Shown: piece after piece, positions 11,362 to 20,582 of the stretch
How the letters are laid out: every line of letters starts with the position of its first letter
How positions within the stretch are numbered: position 1 is the stretch's first letter
Notes under the pieces: model-generated
What the model was told of the DNA's origin: nothing
What the model saw: only the letters and a program-made list of their open reading frames with translations
The model's database searches: none
Program-made: the position numbers and the translations under genes
Source: an uncultured Actinomycetes bacterium
GTDB lineage: Bacteria; Actinomycetota; Thermoleophilia; Solirubrobacterales; Solirubrobacteraceae
Direction of reading: 5' to 3'
Length of the DNA: 64,000 nucleotides
NCBI GenBank assembly: GCA_963821355.1
Contig: CAWGDO010000003.1
Coordinates: 10,981-74,980 of the forward strand

Positions 11362-14163
11362 GTGGTCGAGGCCGTTGCGAACGCTCCGGACGCCGCGATC
11401 GAGCGTCTCTCCGAGTCGGAGGCGCTCGAGGCGGTCCGCAGCGGCCCGGCCGGGCTGAGCTCGGCCGAGGCCGGGGCGCGACTCGAGCGCTACGGCCACA
11501 ACCGGCTGCCCGAGCTCCACAAGCAATCGCCGCTGGTTCGCTTCCTGGCGCAGTTCGCCGACTTCTTCGCGATCCTGCTCGAGGTCGCCGGCACGATCAC
11601 GCTGGCGTCTTATTTCATCCAGGGCGAGCCCAACAGCCTCAAGGTCGCCATCGCGATCTACGCGGTCGTCCTGCTCAACGCGATCATCGGATTCGTCCAG
11701 GAGTACCGCGCCGAGCGCACCGCGGAGGCGCTCAAGCGGCTGCTCCCGGCGCGGGCACACGTGCTGCGCGACGGCGCGCCCGCCGAGGTGGAGGCGGCCG
11801 ACCTCGTGCCCGGCGACGTCGTGCTGCTCGCCGAGGGCGACGCGATCTCGGCCGATTGCCGCCTGATCGCCGCTGCGGAGCTGGCGACGAACGACGCCGC
11901 GCTGACCGGCGAGTCCGAGCCGGTCCGCCGCCAATCCGTGCCGATGCTCGAAGATGTGCCGCGCATCCAGGCGCGCAACCTCGTCTTCGCCGGGACGACC
12001 GTCGCCTCGGGGACCGCGCGCGCCGTCGTCTTCGCCACCGGCGCGCAGACGGAGTTCGGGCACATCTACCGGCTTGCCGGATCGGTGCACGACGAGCCCA
12101 GCCCGCTGCAGCGCGAGGTCGCGATCGCGGCGCGGCGGGTGGCGATCGTCGCCGTGCTCCTCGGAACGCTGCTGCTGGGGCTGCGCCTGCTCGCCGGCGC
12201 CCCGTTCGTCGACGCGTTCCTCTACGCGCTCGGCGTGATGGTGGCGCTGGTGCCCGAGGGCCTGCCGGCGGTGATGTCGGTCTCGCTGGCCATCGGGGTG
12301 CAGCGCATGGCGGCGGAGAAGGCCCTGATCAAGCGGCTGAGCTCCGTCGAGGCGCTCGGGTCCACGACGGTGATCTGCACCGACAAGACGGGCACGCTTA
12401 CCGCGGGCGAGATGACGGCGGTCCGGGTGTGGTGCGCGGGCGCGTCGTTCTCCGCCTCCGGCGTCGGCTATGCCCCCGAAGGGGCGCTGGAGACGGACGC
12501 CGGGCCGCTCGCCTCGGCGGCGATGCCCGACGCCCTGCGCTTGCTGCTGCGCGCCGCACTGCACTGCAACGACGCCCGGCTCGTCGAGAGCGACGAGGAC
12601 GGCTGGGCGGTCCTCGGCGACCCCACCGAGGGCGCCCTGCTCGTGTTGGCCGCCAAGGGCGGCTACGACGTCGAGGCCCAGCAGCGGCTCACGCCGCGCC
12701 TGCGTGAGATCCCCTTCGACTCCGAGCGCAAGCGGATGTCGGTCGTCGTCCGCGAGGGGCGCGAGCAGCGCCTGTACACCAAGGGCGCGGCGTCGGAGAT
12801 CGTGTCGCGGTCGACCCGCCTGACCACAGACGGGCACGTGCGCGACCTCACGGCCCGCGACCGCGCTGCGATCGACGCCGCCGTCGACGCGTTGGCGGGC
12901 GAGGCCCTGCGCGTGCTGGCCTTCGCCACCCGCGATCTCGAGCCCGGAGTCCCGCTGAGCCCCGGCGAGGTCGAGCGCGACCTCGTCTTCCTCGGGCTCG
13001 TCGGCCTGCAGGACCCACCGCGCCCCGAGGTCACACGCGCGGTGGCCCAGGCGCGCTCGGCCGGGATCGCCGTGGTCATGATGACCGGCGACTACGGGCT
13101 CACCGCCGAGGCGATCGCCCGCAAGATCGGCATCGTCAGCAAAGCGCACCCGGAGGTGTTGACCGGCGTCGAGCTCGACGCGCTCGGCGACGACGAGCTG
13201 CAGGAACGGCTCGCCGCGGTGAAGGAGGGCCACGAGCTGCTCTTCGCCCGGGTCGCGCCGGCCGACAAGCTGCGGGTCGTCGACGGCTTCAAGGCGCTCG
13301 ATCAGGTCGTCGCGGTCACCGGCGACGGCGTCAACGACGCTCCGGCCCTCAAACGGGCCGACATCGGCGTCGCAATGGGCGTGGCGGGCACCGACGTCGC
13401 AAAGGAGGCCGCCGTGATGGTGCTGCTCGACGACTCGTTCGCCACGATCGTCAAGGCGATCGAGCGCGGGCGTGCCGTCTACAACAACATCCGCCGCTTC
13501 CTGGTCTACCTCTTCACGCACAACATCGGCGAGCTGTTCCCGATCGTCTTCGCCACACTCGCCGGGCTGCCGGTCGTCCCGCTCAACGCGCTGCAGGTGC
13601 TTTCGATCGACCTCGGCAGCGACGTGCTGCCGGCGCTCGCGCTTGGCGCCGAGGAGCCCGAGCCGGGCCTGCTCGAACGCCCACCGCGCCCGCGCAACGA
13701 GCGGCTGATGTCGCGCAGCGTCATCGCTCGCTTCGCGTTCCTCGGGACCATCCAGGCGATCGGCGCCACCGCAAGCTTCTACTTCGCGCTGTACGCGGGC
13801 GGCTGGCGCTGGGGCGATCCGCTGTCCAGCTCGGACCACATCTACCACCAGGCGATCACGATGACCCAGGCCGCCATCGTCTTCTCGCAGGTCTTCAACG
13901 GCCTCGCCGTCCGCACCGATCGCCGCAGCGTGTTCTCGATCGGCGTGTTCTCGAACCGCGCGCTCGTCGCCGCCGAAGCGCTCGGCGTCGGCATCATGCT
14001 CGCGATCTCCTACGCCCCGCCGCTGCAGCGCCTGCTCGGCACCGCCGCGCTGCCGGCCTATTACTGGGCGGTCCCGGCCGCCTTCGGCGTCGTCGCGCTG
14101 ATCGCCGAGGAGCTGCGCAAGGCCTACGTGCGCCGGACCACTCCCGAGGGCGAGAATGGGTAG
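11362..14163 (+). CDS. ctpF: P-type cation-transporting ATPase (type IIA Ca2+/Mg2+-like, CtpF-like)
   Basis: DKTGTLT phosphorylation site, TGDGVNDAPAL, PEGLPAV and ten predicted TM segments. GTG start. Mtb DosR-regulon homologue CtpF. Confidence 0.85.
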   Translation: MVEAVANAPDAAIERLSESEALEAVRSGPAGLSSAEAGARLERYGHNRLPELHKQSPLVRFLAQFADFFAILLEVAGTITLASYFIQGEPNSLKVAIAIYAVVLLNAIIGFVQEYRAERTAEALKRLLPARAHVLRDGAPAEVEAADLVPGDVVLLAEGDAISADCRLIAAAELATNDAALTGESEPVRRQSVPMLEDVPRIQARNLVFAGTTVASGTARAVVFATGAQTEFGHIYRLAGSVHDEPSPLQREVAIAARRVAIVAVLLGTLLLGLRLLAGAPFVDAFLYALGVMVALVPEGLPAVMSVSLAIGVQRMAAEKALIKRLSSVEALGSTTVICTDKTGTLTAGEMTAVRVWCAGASFSASGVGYAPEGALETDAGPLASAAMPDALRLLLRAALHCNDARLVESDEDGWAVLGDPTEGALLVLAAKGGYDVEAQQRLTPRLREIPFDSERKRMSVVVREGREQRLYTKGAASEIVSRSTRLTTDGHVRDLTARDRAAIDAAVDALAGEALRVLAFATRDLEPGVPLSPGEVERDLVFLGLVGLQDPPRPEVTRAVAQARSAGIAVVMMTGDYGLTAEAIARKIGIVSKAHPEVLTGVELDALGDDELQERLAAVKEGHELLFARVAPADKLRVVDGFKALDQVVAVTGDGVNDAPALKRADIGVAMGVAGTDVAKEAAVMVLLDDSFATIVKAIERGRAVYNNIRRFLVYLFTHNIGELFPIVFATLAGLPVVPLNALQVLSIDLGSDVLPALALGAEEPEPGLLERPPRPRNERLMSRSVIARFAFLGTIQAIGATASFYFALYAGGWRWGDPLSSSDHIYHQAITMTQAAIVFSQVFNGLAVRTDRRSVFSIGVFSNRALVAAEALGVGIMLAISYAPPLQRLLGTAALPAYYWAVPAAFGVVALIAEELRKAYVRRTTPEGENG

Positions 14164-14166
14164 CGC

Positions 14167-14820
14167 ATGCGCGTGATCGTTCTTGGATGCGGGCGGCTCG
14201 GTGCCCGTGTGGCCAACATGCTCGACGCCGATGGCCACCGCGTGGCCGTCATCGATCGCGACCCGAGCGCCTTCGAGAAGCTGCGTCCTGCGTTCACCGG
14301 CGAGGCGGTCGTCGGTTTCGGGTATGACCGCCATACGCTCGAGCAGGTGCGCCTCGACCGCGCCGACGCCTTCATCGCCGCCACGGCCGGTGACAATCGC
14401 AACATCGTCGCCGCCATGGCAGCCAAGCGGCGCTTCCGGGTCCCACTCGTCGTCGCCCGGATCTACGACCCCGACCGCGCGGAGATCTACCTCGCCCAGG
14501 GCATCCGCACCGTTTCGCCGGTGCGCTGGTCGGTGGGAACGATCCGCGACCTTCTGCTGCACCCCGCGATCGAGACCGAGGACGAGTTCGGCAACGGCGA
14601 GGTCTCCCAGATCCGCGTCGAGGTGCCGCCCCACCTCCATGACCGCGCCGTCCAGGAGGTCACCGTGCCCGGCGATATCGCCGTCGCGGTCATTGTCCGC
14701 CGTGGAAGGGCGATCCTGCCGACGCTCGGCATGCGCTTCGAGCCAGGCGACGTCGCGCGCTTCGTCGTCGCGCGCGAGGCCTATGCCCGCTTCGAGACCT
14801 TCATGGGGATGCGCGGATGA
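14167..14820 (+). CDS. TrkA-family K+ transport regulatory protein (RCK N+C)
   Basis: MRVIVLGCGRLG Rossmann start. Begins 3 nt after the ctpF stop. Confidence 0.75.
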   Translation: MRVIVLGCGRLGARVANMLDADGHRVAVIDRDPSAFEKLRPAFTGEAVVGFGYDRHTLEQVRLDRADAFIAATAGDNRNIVAAMAAKRRFRVPLVVARIYDPDRAEIYLAQGIRTVSPVRWSVGTIRDLLLHPAIETEDEFGNGEVSQIRVEVPPHLHDRAVQEVTVPGDIAVAVIVRRGRAILPTLGMRFEPGDVARFVVAREAYARFETFMGMRG

Positions 14821-15491
14821 AGGTGCTCGTCGCCGGCGCCGGCAACGTCGGCAGGTACCTCGGCCGTATCCTCGTGCGCTCAGGCCACGAGGTCGTCCTC
14901 ATCGAGCAGGACGGTGCCCGCATCGCCCGCGCACACGAGGAGTCCGGCGCCGCCGTGATCCACGGCGACGCCACCGAGCCCGGCACGCTGGAGGAGACCG
15001 CGATCCGGGCGATGGACGTCGTCGTCGCGGCCACCGGTCACGACGAGGACAACCTGATCATCGCCAGCCTCGCCAAGTTCGAGTTCGGCGTCGCGCACGT
15101 CGTCGCACGGGTCAAGAACGCGATGAACGCCTGGCTCTACGAGCCTGACATGGGCGTGGACGTCCTCGTCAGCGCCCCGCACACCATCGCGCAGCTGATC
15201 GAGGAGCAGGTTGCCGTCGGCGACGTCGTCCAGCTCCTCGAGCTCGCCGAGGGGCGGGCCGCGCTCGTCGAGGCCACGCTGCCGGCTCACTCGTCGGTCG
15301 TCGGCAGGCTCGCGCGCGAGGTCGCGTGGCCGCCCGATTGCGTCGCGGCGGTGGTCATTCGCGGCACCCGCGTCCTGCCCGCCCCCGGCGAGATCGTCCT
15401 GCAGCCCGGCGACCGCGTGCTGTGCGTGACCGACGTCGCCCAGATGGAGCCGCTGCACCGGCTGCTCGGCAACGCCGACCCGCAGCGCTAA
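14817..15491 (+). CDS. TrkA-family K+ transport regulatory protein (second copy)
   Basis: MKVLVAGAGNVGRYLG. ATGA overlap with the upstream trkA. Confidence 0.75.
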   Translation: MKVLVAGAGNVGRYLGRILVRSGHEVVLIEQDGARIARAHEESGAAVIHGDATEPGTLEETAIRAMDVVVAATGHDEDNLIIASLAKFEFGVAHVVARVKNAMNAWLYEPDMGVDVLVSAPHTIAQLIEEQVAVGDVVQLLELAEGRAALVEATLPAHSSVVGRLAREVAWPPDCVAAVVIRGTRVLPAPGEIVLQPGDRVLCVTDVAQMEPLHRLLGNADPQR

Positions 15492-16258
15492 CGCCGACGC
15501 GGCAGCCACCGCCGGCGAGCCTTGCGGCGGCGAACCTTCAGCGGCTCGACGATGCCGAGAATGCGAGGCTGCGCGCGCGCCCTGCGGCGGGCCGCGAGGC
15601 CGCCGCCGAGCCCGATCGCCGCGAGGCCGGTGAGCACGAGCCCGGGCCGGGCGCGCAGGCGGCCGTACTCCTCCTGTACGGCCGGCCACAGCTCGTGGTC
15701 GACGATCTCGCTCACGACGTCGGCGCTGCCGGTGTGCGGTGCGGCGATCGGCGCCAGGAACGCCACCTGCACCCGCCGCGGCTTGGCGATGGGACCAAAC
15801 CACAGGTGCGACGTGCCGCTGATCGCGGTGGGGACGATCGGGGCACCGGTCTTCATCGCCAGGCGCCCCGCGCCGTGGTGCGGCGAGCCGAGCGCGTCCG
15901 GGTCCTCGACGCGCGTCCCCTCCGGGAAGACGACGACCACGCCGCCTTCCTCCAGGATCGCGCGCGCCGCCGCGATCGCCTCGGCGTCGGCCTGCCCGCG
16001 GCGAACGGGGAACGCGCCGAGGCGGAGGAGCAGCCACCGGAGCGGGCCCTTGAAGATCTCGGTCTTGGCCATGTAGCGCACACGCCGGTGCGTCGCGACG
16101 CCGATGAAGAACGCGTCCATGAAGCTCTTGTGGTTCGGAGCGACGATGGCGGGACCCTCGGCGGGGAGGTGGTCGGCGCCGGAGACCCGAAGGCGAAACC
16201 ACGCGCGCAGCACGGGGATCATCAGCGCCCGGACGGTCGCGTACAGCGGACCGCTCAT
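15488..16258 (-). CDS. plsC: 1-acyl-sn-glycerol-3-phosphate acyltransferase (PlsC/LPLAT)
   Basis: PNHKSFMDAF (HxxxxD) and VVVFPEGTR acyltransferase motifs. ATGA-coupled to the upstream hydrolase. Confidence 0.75.
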   Translation of the reverse strand: MSGPLYATVRALMIPVLRAWFRLRVSGADHLPAEGPAIVAPNHKSFMDAFFIGVATHRRVRYMAKTEIFKGPLRWLLLRLGAFPVRRGQADAEAIAAARAILEEGGVVVVFPEGTRVEDPDALGSPHHGAGRLAMKTGAPIVPTAISGTSHLWFGPIAKPRRVQVAFLAPIAAPHTGSADVVSEIVDHELWPAVQEEYGRLRARPGLVLTGLAAIGLGGGLAARRRARAQPRILGIVEPLKVRRRKARRRWLPRRR

Positions 16259-17415
16259 GCCGCGCGGCCGCCGAGGAACGCTCCCACCGCGGCATGCGTC
16301 TCCCTCGGTCGCTCGATCTGCGGGACGTGCCCGCAGTCGAGCTCGACGTGCCGGGCCCGCGGAAGGGCCTCGGCGACGTGTGGCGCGAACGCGATCGGCA
16401 CGAGGCGGTCGCGCCGGCCCCAGACGAACAGCGCCTCGGGCTCCAGCGCCTGCAGCCGGGGCCAGAAGCCGTTCGAGCCGTCGGGCTCCTCGAGGTAGAT
16501 CTGGCGGGCCGCCGCGTAGAAAGCGGCGCGGCCGGCCGGCGTCAGGTAGGCGCGCAGGAACTCGTCGACCCCCGCTGCCGTCCACCCGTGGTTGGCGCCG
16601 GGGATGAGCCGGTGGACGATCACCTCGACGGCCGGGCGGGGAGCGAGCTGGATCAGCCCGAGCTCGGGCCGGACGAGCCGTAGCAACGGCGCCCACCCAC
16701 GCCGGCGCCGCCAGGCCATCGAGGGGGCGAGCAGGGCCAGGCGACCGACGCGGTCGGGATGCCGCAGGCCGACCTCCAGCGCGATCCTGCCACCGAGGCT
16801 GTTGCCGATCAGGTGGGCGCGGTCGACGCCAAGCGTGTCGAGCAGCTCGATCACGACGTCGGCGAAGTAGCGCGCGTCGTAGGGCGCGCCGAGCGGCTTG
16901 TCGGAATCGCCGAAGCCCGGAAGGTCCGCGGCGATCACCCGATAGCGGTCGGCGAGCGCCGCCACGGTCGGCAGGAACGACCCCTTCGTCCCGCCCAGCC
17001 CGTGGAGGGCGACGACCACCGGTCCACGACCCGCCTCGAGCGTCGAGAGCCGCGCGCTCTCGGTGCGCACCGTGGCGAACCGCAGCTGCGCGCCGTCGCT
17101 CACGCCGCTGGTCGCGGCGAGGAACCCCACCCCCAGGTGCAGGTTGTGCAGGATCGAGAGCCGGCCCTTGAGGTAGGCGCGCATACCGCCGCTAACGTCC
17201 TTCGCGATGGCCTGCCAGGTCTGCCGATCCGCCGTGAGCGTCGCGTCGGCGCCGCCGGCGGGCGCCACGAGTCGCGCTCCGGCCCGCGACAGCAGCGCGT
17301 CCCACGCCTCGTTCTCGCCCACCGCCAGGCGCACGCGGGCCTGTCCGCCCACGGGCTCGAAGACCGCGCGGTCGTAGCGGGCCACCAGCGTCTGCAGGAC
17401 CTGCGGAGGTGGCAT
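16255..17415 (-). CDS. SCP2 (sterol-carrier-like) domain fused to an alpha/beta-hydrolase
   Basis: N-terminal SCP2-like region (...GMRAYLKGRLSI...). C-terminal VVALHGLGG...GNSLGGRIAL nucleophile elbow with a ...CGHVPQIE histidine box. Confidence 0.7.
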   Translation of the reverse strand: MPPPQVLQTLVARYDRAVFEPVGGQARVRLAVGENEAWDALLSRAGARLVAPAGGADATLTADRQTWQAIAKDVSGGMRAYLKGRLSILHNLHLGVGFLAATSGVSDGAQLRFATVRTESARLSTLEAGRGPVVVALHGLGGTKGSFLPTVAALADRYRVIAADLPGFGDSDKPLGAPYDARYFADVVIELLDTLGVDRAHLIGNSLGGRIALEVGLRHPDRVGRLALLAPSMAWRRRRGWAPLLRLVRPELGLIQLAPRPAVEVIVHRLIPGANHGWTAAGVDEFLRAYLTPAGRAAFYAAARQIYLEEPDGSNGFWPRLQALEPEALFVWGRRDRLVPIAFAPHVAEALPRARHVELDCGHVPQIERPRETHAAVGAFLGGRAA

Positions 17416-17607
17416 CGTCCCGAACCTACGCGCTGGGCGCCGCGCGCGAATCGGCGGCTGCCCGCACTGTGTGTCAGTGCCGAGTACGGATGCCCGCCGC
17501 CATGCAGCGCGGGCTTCGCCGGACACGCCGCGACTTGCGGGGAACCCGGGCCCGGCATGCGGGCGCGTGCGGATGCCCGAGCCCGCGCGCGGGGCGACGA
17601 TGGCCAC

Positions 17608-18960
17608 ATGCAGTTTCTCGACCGTCGCGAAGCGGGGCGGAAGCTGGCCGCGCAGGTGCTGGACCTGGCCCTCGAGGATCCCGTCGTCGTCGCGCTCCCG
17701 CGCGGCGGCGTCCCGGTGGGCGTCGAGATCGCCCGCGCCCTCGACGCGCCCCTCGACATCCTCGCGGTGCGCAAGCTCGGCGCCCCAGGCGACCCCGAGT
17801 TCGCAGTGGGGGCGATCGCCGAAGACGGCAGCGCCGTCGTCGACAGCGACACCGCGCGGCTCGTCGGCATGACGCAGGAGCTGCTCGAGGCGACGTTCGC
17901 GCGAGAGGCCCGTCAGCTGCGCCGACGGATCGCCCGCTATCGAGATCCTCGCATCGGTGGACACGAGCCGATCGACGTGAGCGGACGCACCGTCGTCGTG
18001 GTCGACGACGGCCTGGCGACCGGCCTCACCGACCTCGCGGCCGTCCGGGCGCTGCGGGCACGCGGCGCCCGGCGCATCGTCGTCGCGGTCCCGGTGGGAT
18101 CCAGCGACTCGGTCGCACTGGTCGCCCAGGAGGCCGACGAGGTCCTCTGCCACACGATCCCCCACGACTTTCTGGGTGTCGGCTGCTGGTACCAGGACTT
18201 CTCGCCGGTGTCCGATGGGGAGGTCCTCGCCCTCCTGAGCGACGAGGCGGCGCGCGGCGCCGAGCGCGGGCCGGCGCTCGCGCGCATCGGCGCGCCGGTG
18301 CCGCGGGAGCTACGGCTGGACGTCGGCGGCATCGTCGTTCCCGGCGATCTCAGCGTCCCCCTCGGCGCCAGAGGTCTCGTGATCGTTGCCCATGGCGGCG
18401 TCGGCAGCCGGCTGAGCCCTCGCGACCGCGTCGTCGCGCGCGCGCTCGACGAGGCGCGCTTCGCGACGCTGCGATTCGACCTGCTGACCGAAGCCGAGGA
18501 GCAACGCCGCGAGCGGGTGTTCGACGTCGCGCTGCTCGCACGGCGGCTCGAGCTGGTCACGCGCTGGGCGACCGAGGACCCCGAGACCGTCGGCCTGCCG
18601 ATCGGCTACCTCGGCGCGTCCACCGGTGCCGCGGGCGCCCTGCGCGCGGCCGCCGCCGTGGGCGACGTGGTGCGCGCGGTCGTCGCGCGCGCGGGCCGGC
18701 CCGACCTCGTGGCCGACCGTCTGCCGCTGGTCGCCGCCCCGACGCTGCTGGTGGTCGGCAGCCGCGACCCGGAGGTCCTCGAGTTGAACCGCCGCGCGAC
18801 GACGCTGCTGCGCTGCCCGCACAAGCTCGTGGTAATCGAGGGCGCGACCCACCTGTTCGCCGAGCCCGATGCCCTCGAGACGGTGGCGCGCCTCGCGACG
18901 GACTGGTTCGCCGGCCATCTCACGCCGGCAGCTCAGCGTCTCGCCGCCGCGAGGGCGTGA
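17608..18960 (+). CDS. Phosphoribosyltransferase-domain protein fused to a dienelactone-hydrolase-like esterase (Rv0571c-like)
   Basis: PRTase motif VVVVDDGLATG, then an alpha/beta hydrolase (VIVAHGGVGS...LGASTG). Same two-domain architecture as the Mtb DosR-regulon protein Rv0571c. Confidence 0.75.
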   Translation: MQFLDRREAGRKLAAQVLDLALEDPVVVALPRGGVPVGVEIARALDAPLDILAVRKLGAPGDPEFAVGAIAEDGSAVVDSDTARLVGMTQELLEATFAREARQLRRRIARYRDPRIGGHEPIDVSGRTVVVVDDGLATGLTDLAAVRALRARGARRIVVAVPVGSSDSVALVAQEADEVLCHTIPHDFLGVGCWYQDFSPVSDGEVLALLSDEAARGAERGPALARIGAPVPRELRLDVGGIVVPGDLSVPLGARGLVIVAHGGVGSRLSPRDRVVARALDEARFATLRFDLLTEAEEQRRERVFDVALLARRLELVTRWATEDPETVGLPIGYLGASTGAAGALRAAAAVGDVVRAVVARAGRPDLVADRLPLVAAPTLLVVGSRDPEVLELNRRATTLLRCPHKLVVIEGATHLFAEPDALETVARLATDWFAGHLTPAAQRLAAARA

Positions 18961-18965
18961 GCCCG

Positions 18966-19160
18966 ATGGCCGAGCGGCACGCCATGTCGAGCTCGACGGC
19001 GCTGCGCGCCGCCGTGCGCCCGACGGGCGGCGTCTTTGCGGCCGCCGAGACGATCGCCTCGCGCGGGGACTTCCCGGTCCTCGCCGCAGGCGACCGGCTC
19101 GCGGTGGCCGTCTGGCTGGACCGCGGCCGAATGATGGCCGCCGCGCGCGCCCCGGGTTGA
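18966..19160 (+). CDS. Small hypothetical protein (65 aa)
   Basis: Non-overlapping ORF between the PRTase gene and the secreted-protein gene. No recognisable homology. Confidence 0.2.
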   Translation: MAERHAMSSSTALRAAVRPTGGVFAAAETIASRGDFPVLAAGDRLAVAVWLDRGRMMAAARAPG

Positions 19161-19174
19161 AAGGAAGATCCGTC

Positions 19175-20582
19175 ATGAAGCTCAGAACATTCGCTTGCCT
19201 TCTCCTCGTCGCTGCGCTGGCTGTCGCCCCCGTGGGACCTGCGCGAGCCGCGACGTGGGTGTCCACGGTGGCGCTGTCCGACTGCCGTCGCCGCGACCGA
19301 CGACGTGCAGCTCGTGGCCGGCGCCGACGGCCGCGTGCTCGCCGTGTGGGACTTCCGCCTCGGCACCGGCGTGCGAGGCGTCGAGGCCGTGTCCCGGCGC
19401 CCGGACGGGCGCTGGGGGCCGCCTCGTCCGCTGGGGACGTGGGTGCCTGTCGCCGGAGCGCCCGCGAAGGTCACGGGCGTCGGCGACTTCTTGTTCCCCG
19501 TCGCAGCGTACGGCGCCAATCGCTGGCTCGGGCCGGCGATCGCTCAGGGCCGTGGAGCGGAGCAGCGGCTGGCCTGGTGGAACGGCACCACGATCGGCGC
19601 CGCGCAGCGTGGTGGCACGCTGCGCGAGGCGCCGTGGGAGGCGGGCCGGGTCGCAGGCTTCCCTGACGGCGCGGCGGTCATCGCGTACACCACGATGCGC
19701 CCGCGCCGGGGCGCGGGCAGCAACCTCCGGCCGCGCGTCGTCGTCGTGGCGCGCGGCTCGCACACCGGGTTCGGCGCGACGCGGCGCGTTTCGCCGCTGC
19801 CGCCCGGTCCGCCCTACGGCGCGGAGCTCGGGCCGGCGCTCTCGGCCACCGACGTCACCGTCGCCACAGGGGGCCGCGCCACCGTCGTCGTCGCGTGGCA
19901 ACGCGTCGGCCGCATCGAGGCGCGGGTCTCTCGCGACCGCGGCCGTACGTACGGCCCCATGCGCTACCTCGGACCATCGCCCGAGGCCTTCCCATCGCTC
20001 ACGGCACGCGTCTCGCCGGCCGGGAAGGTGCTCGTGGTCTGGGGCGGCCGCGAGGCGCAGGGGCCCACACGGGTGCTGGTGTCGCGTGCGGCGATTGCCG
20101 CCCCGGGCAAGGGCTTCGTGATGCGCGAGCTCGACCGCAGCGCCCCGCTGGATCTCTCGGCACCGTCGGCCCTCGACCAGCGCGGGCCGCGGACGCTGGC
20201 GGGCTTCGACGGTGAGACGCCGTGCGCGGCCTGGCAGACGGTCGTCGACGGCCGCACCGCCGTCCGCACGGCACGCCTGCAGGGCGACGCGATGACCGCC
20301 ACCTTCACGGCACCCGCGGGTGAGCATGCGCTGCTGGACGACCTCACGACCACGCGGCTCGGGTCGGCGGCGATCGGCTGGCACACGGTCACGGCGTTCG
20401 GCCGGCCGCAGAGCGGTTTCCTAGCGCAGGCGCCCGCAGGCGGGCCGTTCGGCGACGTCCAGCAGATCCCCGGGCCCGGTGTGACGGGGCTCCGTCTTGC
20501 CTATGAACCGACGGGCCTGCTCGCCGTATGGAACGCGAGTGCGGCGGTCACGAGCACCGTTATGGCCGCCGAGCTTCGCTGA
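19175..20582 (+). CDS. Secreted hypothetical protein (Sec signal peptide); apparent +1 frameshift near 19286
   Basis: AAGGAAG Shine-Dalgarno sequence, then MKLRTFACLLLVAALAVAPVGPARA signal peptide. The body continues in the adjacent frame (..LSD|AVAATDDVQLVAGADGRVLAVWD..) and is repetitive, rich in W, G and R. Confidence 0.5.

Noticed and set aside
11335-14640. 1101-aa ORF on the minus strand
   Set aside because: It is antisense to the P-type ATPase, which carries unambiguous motifs (DKTGTLT, TGDGVNDAPAL). It is low-complexity.
17416-17607. Possible canonical DosR box (TTSGGGACTWWAGTCCCSAA) in the divergent promoter
   Set aside because: Only a weak GGGGAACCCGGGCCC resemblance is present. 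No full 20-bp match was found here or elsewhere in the window, so I report only the AGTCCGC palindromes as candidates.
16759-18960. 733-aa ORF starting at 16759
   Set aside because: The first ~280 codons are antisense to the SCP2-hydrolase gene. The real PRTase-hydrolase starts at ATG 17608.
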